Below are positions 17,082 to 25,759 of a DNA stretch of 37,314 nucleotides, piece after piece. The position numbers and the translations under genes were made by a program. How positions within the stretch are numbered: position 1 is the stretch's first letter; each line of letters opens with the position of its first letter. The stretch lies in NCBI GenBank assembly GCA_963532505.1, contig CAUSLX010000001.1, positions 1 to 37,314 on the forward strand, given 5' to 3'. Below the pieces are notes generated by a model that saw nothing but the letters and a program-made list of their open reading frames with translations, had not been told where the DNA came from and made no database searches. The stretch is from an uncultured Candidatus Saccharibacteria bacterium (GTDB taxonomy: Bacteria > Patescibacteriota > Saccharimonadia > Saccharimonadales > Saccharimonadaceae).

Positions 17082-20000
17082 ATGAATGATGATAAGAAAA
17101 TAATAAAAACCACAAAGAGGATTTATCCTCAAATATATTCTTATATTCTGCCAGATATTCCAGCAAATAAAGGTTGGCAAAAAGTCGGATATACAGAACG
17201 TAAAGACGTTGATTCGCGAATATTAGAACAGACTAAGACTGCGGCTGTAAAATTGCGATATGAGAAATTGTGGAGCGCTAGCTCTTTTTCTAACGCAACT
17301 CACGAATTTTTCAAAGATAAAGATCTCCATAAATATTACGTAAAGAATGGAATCGAGAAGAGTAAAAAGCAGGACGATGGCGGATTGGGCGAAGAATGGT
17401 TTTACTTCAATGGTACGCCAGAAAAATCTAAAGAATTGTTTGATGATTACGCTAATGGCAATTTATTCAGTCGATCTTCCGAGAAAAGTCCGTATAAGTT
17501 GAGAAAGGAGCAAGAACGTGCCGTTTCTCAAACTCTTGCTTATGCAGAATCTCACCAGACTACAGATTTTTCTTCACCAAATAAAGAAGCGGAATTTTTA
17601 TGGAACGCAAAACCGCGTTTTGGTAAAACTCTCTCTTCTTACGATTTTGCAAAAAAGTTTAACGCTAAGAATGTTTTGATAGTTACTAATCGTCCAGCAA
17701 TCGCTAATTCGTGGTTTGATGATTTCGATAAATTCATTGATGGATATTATTTTATTTCGACGGCAGATTCTTTAAAAGAACGCGAAACTTTGTCTAGGTA
17801 TGATTTTCTTAATAAAGCCAATTCATCAAGCGAAGATAGGCAGATAACTTTCTTAAGTCTACAGGACTTGAAGGGCGGTAAAGTTTTTGGTGGACCACAT
17901 AACAAATTAAAATGGGTGGCGGATCTTAAGTGGGATTTGTTAATTATAGATGAGGCTCATGAAGGTGTTGATACAGACAGAACTAATGAAGCTTTTGGAA
18001 AAATTAAGCGCAGGTTTACGCTGCATTTATCTGGAACACCTTTTAAGGCAATAGCGGATGGACATTTTAAGGACAATCAGATATTCAACTGGACTTATAT
18101 TGATGAGCAAAAAGCTAAGCAAGAAGAACTGAAGAACTTGGATGATTCTGGTGATCACGTTAATCTGCCAGATATGAGATTATTTACCTACAAGATGTCT
18201 GATATTATCTCTGATCGGCTTGAAAAAGGCATGGAGATGGACGATGAAAATATCGATTATGCTTTTGAGTTGAATGAAATGTTTGCAACAGACGCAAGCG
18301 GCAAGTTTATTCATGAGGATGATATTTCAACATTCTTAAATCAATTAACTTCAAATGAAAAATATCCATTCTCAACCCCTGAATTAAGAGATCAATTAAA
18401 ACACACGTTTTGGCTGGTAGGAAACCGTGTCGCTTCAGCAAAGGCTATGGAGAAAATGTTGCGCCATCACCCAGTATTTAGTGAATATAAAATAGTGCTT
18501 GCCGCGGGCAATGGAAGGTCTTCTCAGTCTGACAATAATTCATCTGAAGATGAGATGAAGGATACTGCAGCTAACGAGAAAGCTTTGAGCAGGGTTAAGA
18601 AGGCTATCAAGGAGAATGACCGCACCATAACCTTATCTGTGGGGCAACTGACAACTGGAGTTACTGTTAAAGAATGGTCTGCTGTACTTATGTTGTCTGA
18701 TATCAAATCCGAGTCGTTGTATATGCAGGCAATATTCCGTTCTCAGAACCCGTATGAATTTATAGATAATAACGGCAACCTCTGTCGTAAAAAGTCGGCT
18801 TATGTCTTTGATTTCTCGCCGAATCGTGTGCTTAAAGTTTATGACAAGTTTGCCAACAGTCTATTGGCGGACGTAGCCAGAGGTGAAGCTACAGAAAAAA
18901 TCAGAGAGCAGAACGTAGCAGAATTGCTGAACTACTTCCCTGTCTTGGCGGAAGATGAATCTGGTAAGATGATCGAATTGGACGCAGAGCAAGTTTTGAC
19001 CTTCCCTAAAGCTATCGTCGCAAAGGAGGTTGTGAACCGTGGTTTTGTTACTAATTTGTTATTTGTAAACATTAACAACGTCTTCAATATTCCTTCTGAG
19101 GTGATTGCGGCACTGAATAAGGCTCATTCAACTAGCGACACTGATAAACAGACTAAAAGCGAAGAAGTTCAACACGATCCAGATCGTAAGAAGAATCGAG
19201 ACCACAGGATATCTGTAAATAAGGATAAACTGCTCGGTAATAAGGTTTACACTTCAAGAATGCAGGATATTGTGTTGTCTGCGGTTGATTCGGATATGGA
19301 GGCAGATGAGATCGTTGAAAAAATTACCGCTGACTGCATGCCTGAAATATCTGAGCTCCTTGGGAAATATAAAGATTCCTATTCCCCTTCAAAGGCAGAG
19401 CTTGACAATATTAAAAGTGGGCTCCGTGAAAAGGTCAAAGAAGCGGCAGAAGAGTTTGTGTCTGGCGATATAGCAGACAGAATAGCTCAGGATAAATTAG
19501 CGGATAGCCTGGCGAATATCATTGAGAAAGATCTCCCTAACGATACCGTAATTCGTGAAGAAGAGGATAATTACGAAAAAGAAGAAAAGTCTGAAATGGA
19601 CCAAATTAGGAGGAAATTGCGTACATTTACCCGCGCTATCCCTTCATTCATTATGGCTGCCAGCACAGATGTAGATAAAATCACGTTAGATAACATCGAG
19701 GATACCGTTTCTGACAAGGATTTTGAGGAATTATTTACAGAAAAAGACAGCGAACCATTTACAAAAGACGATTTCCGTAAAATTCGCGGCCCATGGACAA
19801 ATCCAGAAACCGGCGAAACATTTGAAGGATTTTTTGATCGCTATACATTTAACGCTGCCATTCGAGAGTTTGAGGAGAAGCGACAGGAAATTGCGGATTA
19901 CCTTTCCCCTGGCGCCAAAGAAGACATTTTCTCTTACATTCGCCCATTAAAAACAAATCAGATTTTTACACCAAGGATAGTTGTAAATAAAATGCTTGAT

Positions 20001-21389
20001 TTGTTGGAAGAAAATAATCCTGGCATATTTGAAGATCCAAATGCGACATTTGCGGATTTATATGTAAAGAGTGGTCTATACCTTACAGAAATAGCAAAGA
20101 GGTTAAACAGAGGACTTGAGAGTAAAATACCAGATAAGTCGGAAAGAGTAAAACACATCCTTGAGAAACAGCTTTATGGGTTTGCGCCAACGAATATTAT
20201 CTACAATATCGCACGCAAGTACATTTATGGAACATTTTCAGGTATTGATGATAGTAATCTTAAGCAATTAGATTTAACAGACGCGTTTAAAAAGGGAGAA
20301 ACATTAAATATGAAATTTACTGCAGTTGTGGGTAATCCGCCATATCAGGAAACTACTAGCAAAACAGAGTCTCAAACGCAGAGTAATTCCAACTGGATTT
20401 ATCAATACTTCCAAGACGCTGCAGATAAAATAGGTTCTCTCTCCTGCCTAATTTATCCATTTGGCGGCTGGTTTGATGCACCTGATAGGCTTGGTGGCCT
20501 AGGTAGTCGAATTTTAAGTGATGGACACACGATTTCTGTGGATGCTTATGAGGGTACGACTGATAGGCGTGCTTGGTACAGAACCGACCGCGATCCACAG
20601 CCAATCTTTGGGAACACCGCTAACCTTTCCGCTGGAGTTTCAATTGTTTTGAGAGATAGGGATCACTATCATCAGACATACAAGTATTCGAATAGAATTT
20701 ATACCGATGATACGGCGGAGGTTAATATAGCCGATGTCGATTCGCTCGCACCAAATCCGGCATTCCTCAAAATCAGTAATAAACTTGCCGGTAAAAAACT
20801 GAGTCAAAGAATTAAAAAAGGGATGTTTGGGATAGAATCTAATTTTGCTGAACAAAATCCTGATAAAGTATCGTTTAGCAAATCGGATTGGAGCAATCCT
20901 ATACAGTTATTGGTTAACGACAAAAGTGGTTCATCTGGGCGCGCAACTTTATTCTGGATGGATAGATCAAATCTGCCAAAAGGTGACGAGTATGTTGAAA
21001 AGTATAAAGTAATCACAACATCGGCTTATCCCAAAAAATCCATAGTGTCTGGCGATCCTACAGTTAAAAATGTTATACATCGCGCTAGTGAGCTAATTGA
21101 AATAATGGATAAAAATTCCGCTTTTGGCGCTAGCAGAATAGCATTACTTATGTCGGACAGCAAGAAAGAATGCGAGAATTTCATCAAATATGCTAAGACA
21201 GGCTTCTTTGCTGCGCTTATGCTTCAGGAGCCAAATCGTCGTTCTACATTTGGGTTTATTATTCCTGACCAAGATTTTACCGATAATTCAGATATTGATT
21301 GGAATGCATCGCTTAGTGAAATAGATAAGCAGTTATTCGATAAATACAACATAACTGCTGAGGAGCAGAAATTTCTTGGAGTCGCATGA
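17082..21389 (+). CDS. Single-chain restriction-modification-like protein: GIY-YIG/T5orf172-like nuclease + SF2 helicase + N6-adenine MTase + TRD
   Basis: IYSY..KVGYT..RI.EQ..EEWF; AKPRFGKT, DEAH, LSGTP, LTTGVTV, QAIFRSQNP; QIFTP, KSGLY, GNPPYQ; C-terminal PDQDFT..SDIDW..ID.QL..KY; GGAGG RBS. Confidence 0.88.
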   Translation: MNDDKKIIKTTKRIYPQIYSYILPDIPANKGWQKVGYTERKDVDSRILEQTKTAAVKLRYEKLWSASSFSNATHEFFKDKDLHKYYVKNGIEKSKKQDDGGLGEEWFYFNGTPEKSKELFDDYANGNLFSRSSEKSPYKLRKEQERAVSQTLAYAESHQTTDFSSPNKEAEFLWNAKPRFGKTLSSYDFAKKFNAKNVLIVTNRPAIANSWFDDFDKFIDGYYFISTADSLKERETLSRYDFLNKANSSSEDRQITFLSLQDLKGGKVFGGPHNKLKWVADLKWDLLIIDEAHEGVDTDRTNEAFGKIKRRFTLHLSGTPFKAIADGHFKDNQIFNWTYIDEQKAKQEELKNLDDSGDHVNLPDMRLFTYKMSDIISDRLEKGMEMDDENIDYAFELNEMFATDASGKFIHEDDISTFLNQLTSNEKYPFSTPELRDQLKHTFWLVGNRVASAKAMEKMLRHHPVFSEYKIVLAAGNGRSSQSDNNSSEDEMKDTAANEKALSRVKKAIKENDRTITLSVGQLTTGVTVKEWSAVLMLSDIKSESLYMQAIFRSQNPYEFIDNNGNLCRKKSAYVFDFSPNRVLKVYDKFANSLLADVARGEATEKIREQNVAELLNYFPVLAEDESGKMIELDAEQVLTFPKAIVAKEVVNRGFVTNLLFVNINNVFNIPSEVIAALNKAHSTSDTDKQTKSEEVQHDPDRKKNRDHRISVNKDKLLGNKVYTSRMQDIVLSAVDSDMEADEIVEKITADCMPEISELLGKYKDSYSPSKAELDNIKSGLREKVKEAAEEFVSGDIADRIAQDKLADSLANIIEKDLPNDTVIREEEDNYEKEEKSEMDQIRRKLRTFTRAIPSFIMAASTDVDKITLDNIEDTVSDKDFEELFTEKDSEPFTKDDFRKIRGPWTNPETGETFEGFFDRYTFNAAIREFEEKRQEIADYLSPGAKEDIFSYIRPLKTNQIFTPRIVVNKMLDLLEENNPGIFEDPNATFADLYVKSGLYLTEIAKRLNRGLESKIPDKSERVKHILEKQLYGFAPTNIIYNIARKYIYGTFSGIDDSNLKQLDLTDAFKKGETLNMKFTAVVGNPPYQETTSKTESQTQSNSNWIYQYFQDAADKIGSLSCLIYPFGGWFDAPDRLGGLGSRILSDGHTISVDAYEGTTDRRAWYRTDRDPQPIFGNTANLSAGVSIVLRDRDHYHQTYKYSNRIYTDDTAEVNIADVDSLAPNPAFLKISNKLAGKKLSQRIKKGMFGIESNFAEQNPDKVSFSKSDWSNPIQLLVNDKSGSSGRATLFWMDRSNLPKGDEYVEKYKVITTSAYPKKSIVSGDPTVKNVIHRASELIEIMDKNSAFGASRIALLMSDSKKECENFIKYAKTGFFAALMLQEPNRRSTFGFIIPDQDFTDNSDIDWNASLSEIDKQLFDKYNITAEEQKFLGVA

Positions 21390-22351
21390 ACGAAGAGTCC
21401 GTCGATATTATAGAGAATACCATTCGCCGCCACGGCGACTTGTTGGATGTTCTTTTGTTGGATAGGACGCGGACGACGAAGCGAAAATCGCATAATGTCT
21501 TGTGGGCTACCGACTCTTACGTCGGTCATAATCCAAAGCAAGAAATATCGATTTTAGACATCACTGGGTCAAATACGTATTTAATACAGCCCAGAATTGC
21601 TAAATCAAAGGAAGAGCAAAAAAGCCGCACAAAGGATAAGGCTGAGGTTTTTACGCCAAAGAATATTGTTAGTCAAATGAATAGACAGATAGACTGGAGC
21701 TCAGGAAATTGGCCTGCAGACGAGAGTAATTGGAAGGATTACGTCAAAGAACTTCGTTTGGAGATAACCTGTGGTGAGGCGCCGTTTATAGTCGGTCGAT
21801 ACAATGCCGCCAGCGGAAAAAAAGTGTTGAAACTGTCTGACAGAGTGGGATTTTTAGACCGTAAACTTCAAGTTGTCGGTTCGTATTGTAATGATAAGAA
21901 AGAATGGCTGGAATGGGCGATTGTTGCTTTTCAATGCTCTTACGGATATGAATGGCAAGGTGATAATCTTCTTCTGGCCAGAGAGAACCTTTTATACACT
22001 TTCATCGACTACTGGAATGACAAATTTCCTAACGATAAGATAAATCTTGACAGGAAAATATCAAAAGAAAAAATGGAAATGTTATTGCGGGTTGCGGAAA
22101 TTATTTCTTGGAACATTTTCCAGATGGACGGAATTAAAAACGTAATACCAATGAGTTGTCGTCATGAAGTGATAGAAAAAGAAATCCCCCCTATGGTCAA
22201 ATTATGGGGCGAATCTCCAAAGATTATTAAGAGTGAGTGTGCTGGGTGCAAAAATAATAACCATTTTAAGCATAATGGCAAGTATGTCTTTATTATGGAT
22301 TGGGAAAAGGGAAAACCAGTTAAATTTATAAACTTAATGAAGGCGGAATAA
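21386..22351 (+). CDS. Partial (SAM-binding half) DNA methyltransferase subunit
   Basis: KAEVFTP (motif X), LEITCGEAPF (I), YGYEWQ (II), FQMDG (III); no NPPY; C-terminal CxH..CxxC..H; ATGA overlap with the upstream gene. Confidence 0.8.
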   Translation: MNEESVDIIENTIRRHGDLLDVLLLDRTRTTKRKSHNVLWATDSYVGHNPKQEISILDITGSNTYLIQPRIAKSKEEQKSRTKDKAEVFTPKNIVSQMNRQIDWSSGNWPADESNWKDYVKELRLEITCGEAPFIVGRYNAASGKKVLKLSDRVGFLDRKLQVVGSYCNDKKEWLEWAIVAFQCSYGYEWQGDNLLLARENLLYTFIDYWNDKFPNDKINLDRKISKEKMEMLLRVAEIISWNIFQMDGIKNVIPMSCRHEVIEKEIPPMVKLWGESPKIIKSECAGCKNNNHFKHNGKYVFIMDWEKGKPVKFINLMKAE

Positions 22352-22375
22352 AAAAGATCCGCATTTCTGCGAATC
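22350..22375 (-). terminator. Terminator after tRNA-Thr(GGT)
   Basis: Minus strand GATTCGCAGAAATGCGGATCTTTTTT. Confidence 0.75.
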
Positions 22376-22386
22376 CGTGTTTCATG

Positions 22387-22462
22387 TGGAGCCACGATCG
22401 GGGCTTGAACCCGAGACCTCATCCTTACCATGGATGCGCTCTACCAACTGAGCTATCGCGGC
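22387..22462 (-). tRNA. tRNA-Thr (GGT)
   Basis: GCCGCGATAGCTCAGTTGGTAGAGC, anticodon arm CATCC-ATGGTAA-GGATG, CCA end. Confidence 0.97.
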
Positions 22463-22509
22463 GTAACAGGCTTAATTTTAGCATATTAAGCCATGTTTAA
22501 TCAACCGGG

Positions 22510-22797
22510 TTATTTCTTACGAGTGGACTTTTTAGCTGGCATGCCGGCTTCTTTTGGTAGTTTTGGCGTGACAAATGCCTCTATTATTCCCCACGCTACG
22601 CTATTGACTAAGAATGTAACGAACAATATTCCTGAAACTGATGCCGCCAAGTGTGCCGATGAAGCGTTAAATAATGTCAATAATCCCGCTACAGCCAGTC
22701 CAATTATGGCTAACATAATATAAGCGTATTGTAATTTCAATCGTTGGTTTTTTTCACTATTCCATAATGCCAGAATAGATTTTGTAAATTCAAACAT
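22510..22797 (-). CDS. Small two-TM membrane protein
   Basis: Two hydrophobic helices and a basic tail; TTGACT..TGcTATTAT 6 nt before ATG at 22797. Confidence 0.8.
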   Translation of the reverse strand: MFEFTKSILALWNSEKNQRLKLQYAYIMLAIIGLAVAGLLTLFNASSAHLAASVSGILFVTFLVNSVAWGIIEAFVTPKLPKEAGMPAKKSTRKK

Positions 22798-22853
22798 ACC
22801 TATATAATAGCACATATGCTTATAAAAGTCAATATTGTGCTCTTTTCTTGTCT

Positions 22854-22876
22854 AAAAAATCGCCCGTAAAGGCGAT
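22854..22876 (-). terminator. Terminator after tRNA-Tyr
   Basis: Minus strand ATCGCCTTTACGGGCGATTTTTT. Confidence 0.75.
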
Positions 22877-22886
22877 AATTCAATCT

Positions 22887-22971
22887 TGGTGCTGGAAGTA
22901 GGACTCGAACCTACGAAGCCTTACGGCGGGAGATTTACAGTCTCCTGTGATTGCCACTACACGATTCCAGC
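22887..22971 (-). tRNA. tRNA-Tyr (GTA)
   Basis: Anticodon arm GGAGA-CTGTAAA-TCTCC, long variable arm, ACCA end. Confidence 0.96.
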
Positions 22972-22977
22972 GTGATG

Positions 22978-23054
22978 TGGAGCCGCTTCTCGGGCTCGAA
23001 CCGAGGACCTACGGTTTACAAAACCGTTGCTCTAGCCAACTGAGCTAAAGCGGC
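22978..23054 (-). tRNA. tRNA-Thr (TGT)
   Basis: GCCGCTTTAGCTCAG, anticodon arm ACGGT-TTTGTAA-ACCGT, CCA end. Confidence 0.97.
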
Positions 23055-23097
23055 AACTGAATTTATTTTATCAATTTTTTCTCTCTGTGACAAGAGT

Positions 23098-23781
23098 TTA
23101 CATAACTATTTTTCGTGGTTGATGTATTTTACGCTGTTGGCGTGGACGTGGCGCGTCGGCTTTCTTTGATGACGCCGTTGGAGTTAGCATTTTTGTAGCT
23201 TTCTTACGTAATTCTTCAGCCAGCTCAGCCTGTCCAGCATTGTCGTAAGCCTCCGCTAGGATCTTCAGGGTTTGAGGAATCGGCTCCAGTTCTACAGCCT
23301 TTTCTAGCGCATTAATAACCTTCTTCGTATTCCCTATCTTTTCCTGAACCTTGGCGTAAGCGATGTAACGTGCAGCCAAATCATCTTCCATCTCCAATGC
23401 CTGCTCAAATGCTAGCGACGCCTTTTCATAATTCTCTGTTTCATAATAAATTAAGCCGACGTTATGAAGGCTGGAGGCGCTTGGCTCCAAACTCTGAGCA
23501 ATCTCAAAACACTCGATGGCGTCTTTGTATGCGCGCTGCTTGGCGTATAAAATTCCCAAACGGTTGTATGCCGTGGCGTTTTTCTCGTCGACTCGCAAAA
23601 TTGTCAATAAAGCCTTTTCTGCTCGCAGATATTTATTTTCACGAATCGATTCTTGGGCAATTTCCCACAATTGATCAAGTTTATTAGTAATCTTTGTTGG
23701 CAAATCGCCAGTTTCTTTGATTGATGGATGATAAAAAATCGCCCAAATCATTAAAATTAGAATGAGGAGTAATCCAAACAT
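23098..23781 (-). CDS. Membrane-anchored TPR protein
   Basis: N-terminal TM; AYNRLGILY, LHNVGLIY, ALEKAVELEP helical repeats. Confidence 0.88.
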   Translation of the reverse strand: MFGLLLILILMIWAIFYHPSIKETGDLPTKITNKLDQLWEIAQESIRENKYLRAEKALLTILRVDEKNATAYNRLGILYAKQRAYKDAIECFEIAQSLEPSASSLHNVGLIYYETENYEKASLAFEQALEMEDDLAARYIAYAKVQEKIGNTKKVINALEKAVELEPIPQTLKILAEAYDNAGQAELAEELRKKATKMLTPTASSKKADAPRPRQQRKIHQPRKIVM

Positions 23782-23791
23782 ATCTATACTA

Positions 23792-24601
23792 TTATATCAC
23801 AAGTTGTGTCAGTGCCAGCCTGACGTTGGCGTTGGATTTTAACGTGCTCGCAACAGAGGTAGTTTTTTCAAGTTGTTCTTCAAGCGACGAATTCATCCCA
23901 CGAGATAAAGCCTGAAAACGAATCATATTCACTATAATATCCGTTAGTAATATTGCTTTTTGGCGGTCAGAAAAGTATTTGGCGAGATTCTTAAACGTGT
24001 CGTATTCCCGATTTGTGGCTAAAATTTGCTTTGCGTCGGTGGCTAATTGTCGATATTCGGCGAATTTTTCTGGATTTTCTGCCAATTCCTTAATCAGCAA
24101 TGGTCGCCCAGCCGCGAGGAAAAGAATTTGCTGACTAGAGGCAGGGTCTAAATTGTACTTTTCAAGCAGTTTTTTATCTTGGGCGGATGTCGTTTTATGA
24201 AGCGTCAATGTCTGACAACGAGATCTAACAGTATCGAGCATTAACTTCGGGTTTTTCGCGACAAGGATAAAATTGGTATTTTTATTCGGTTCTTCCAGCG
24301 CTTTCAGGAATGCATTTTGTGACGGCTCGGTCATTAAATCAGCTTCGTCAATGATAATAACTCGACGATTTATGGCGTAAGTTCGAAGCATAGATATGAG
24401 TTCGCGAATTTGATCAACAGATATGGTTTGCTTTTCTGGAAGCGGTTTCAGATGGAAAGTATCGCTATTTTTTGCTAACATTTGAGCCACGCCCAGTCCG
24501 TCAAGTCCATAATCCGCAATTATCAAAAGCGCGTGAGGCAATTGCGATGAAATCTGGCTGATTTTTTGAGCGTCTCGAGCGGATATAATCACTTCAGACA
24601 T
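23792..24601 (-). CDS. holB: DNA polymerase III subunit delta'
   Basis: PHALLI, ISVDQIREL, IIDEADLM..SQNAFLKALEEP, TVRSRC; degenerate Walker A. Confidence 0.85.
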   Translation of the reverse strand: MSEVIISARDAQKISQISSQLPHALLIIADYGLDGLGVAQMLAKNSDTFHLKPLPEKQTISVDQIRELISMLRTYAINRRVIIIDEADLMTEPSQNAFLKALEEPNKNTNFILVAKNPKLMLDTVRSRCQTLTLHKTTSAQDKKLLEKYNLDPASSQQILFLAAGRPLLIKELAENPEKFAEYRQLATDAKQILATNREYDTFKNLAKYFSDRQKAILLTDIIVNMIRFQALSRGMNSSLEEQLEKTTSVASTLKSNANVRLALTQLVI

Positions 24602-25747
24602 CTATAAATCCTCTGGGAAGAATTTCTTGAATTCGTCAGGAATTGCAGCTTCAAAAACTTTTCTCTCACCAGACGGCAAAGCTATCTCTAATTTTTGAGC
24701 ATGCAGCATCATACGACAATCCGAAGACTTTCCGTAAACTCGATCACCAAGAATCGGCGCATTCAAATGAGTCAAATGGACGCGCAATTGATGAGTTCGA
24801 CCAGTGGTCGGCTTCAGTTCCACGAGCGACTGAGTATCATTTTCCGCCAAAACATGGTAAGTCGTCTGAGCCGGCTTCCCGTTCGGATCTATACGAAAAG
24901 TGCTCGGCGCTGAAGGATTGCGACCAATTGGCAGATCAATTTTTGCGGCATTCAACTTTGGCTTGCCGTCGGTTATTGCTATGTAGGTTTTCTTGGCGGT
25001 TCGTTCGGCAAATTGCCTCTGTAGATGCGCGGCAGATTCTGGGTTTTTGGCGATAATCAGTAGTCCTGAGGTGTCGCGGTCAAGCCTGTGAACAATTCCC
25101 GGACGATCCGTGTCTGTCGCAAACGAAGTTTTCGGGCGAATTATCTCCGCAACCGTCGGCTCGTCAGAAAGTCCGCCCTTCGCGTGCGTCAATAGTCCAC
25201 TTGGCTTATTAACGACAATCACATCATCATCCTCGTATAAAATCGGCAAGTCAACGTCCGCCTGTTCTTTTTCTGGCAAATTAAGCGCAATTTCATCAGT
25301 TTCATCAACCTCAAATTTTGGCGTCGTCACGGCTTTATTATTGACCGAAACGTATCCAGCTTTTATGTATTTTTGCCAAAGATTTCGAGAAATTGTCGTG
25401 TCAAATTTTGTCGATAAATAAATGTCCAAGCGCACCTTAGTTGGCGAAATTTTGAACATTATGACATACTTTCCCTGGAACGGTGTTTCGATAAATTCTG
25501 GGTCTAGCGGATTCAGTAAAATCTCGGCGTTATCTGGCTTTTCCATCCATAGCTCGTCAATAGATTCTTCGTCAACAACCGAGCCGTAAAGCAGTGCAAA
25601 ATGCTGCTTATTCAAAATAAATTCCGCAAAAACGTGCGACTCGTCCGTTTGAATTTCCAGCCGACGCAGCGCTTTGACGGGCGTATTATCGTCTGCTAAT
25701 TTGTACAATCTAGCTATTTTCAGCACTGTCCGAGGTAATATTTTCAC
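24602..25747 (-). CDS. rluD: RluD-like pseudouridine synthase with N-terminal extension
   Basis: S4-like RLDIYL..SR, VNKPSG, HRLDRDTSG, TGRTHQLRVH, ILGD..YG; GTG start with GGGAG. Confidence 0.9.
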   Translation of the reverse strand: MKILPRTVLKIARLYKLADDNTPVKALRRLEIQTDESHVFAEFILNKQHFALLYGSVVDEESIDELWMEKPDNAEILLNPLDPEFIETPFQGKYVIMFKISPTKVRLDIYLSTKFDTTISRNLWQKYIKAGYVSVNNKAVTTPKFEVDETDEIALNLPEKEQADVDLPILYEDDDVIVVNKPSGLLTHAKGGLSDEPTVAEIIRPKTSFATDTDRPGIVHRLDRDTSGLLIIAKNPESAAHLQRQFAERTAKKTYIAITDGKPKLNAAKIDLPIGRNPSAPSTFRIDPNGKPAQTTYHVLAENDTQSLVELKPTTGRTHQLRVHLTHLNAPILGDRVYGKSSDCRMMLHAQKLEIALPSGERKVFEAAIPDEFKKFFPEDL

Positions 25748-25759
25748 GCGATTTGCTCC

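Noticed and set aside
22162..22431. 89-aa minus-strand ORF starting within tRNA-Thr
   Set aside because: Overlaps a tRNA, its terminator and the antisense of the MTase subunit.
16904..22462. Integrative element at tRNA-Thr(GGT) carrying the RM genes
   Set aside because: No integrase or transposase, and no duplicate of the tRNA 3' end seen in 16904-17081; not called a mobile element.
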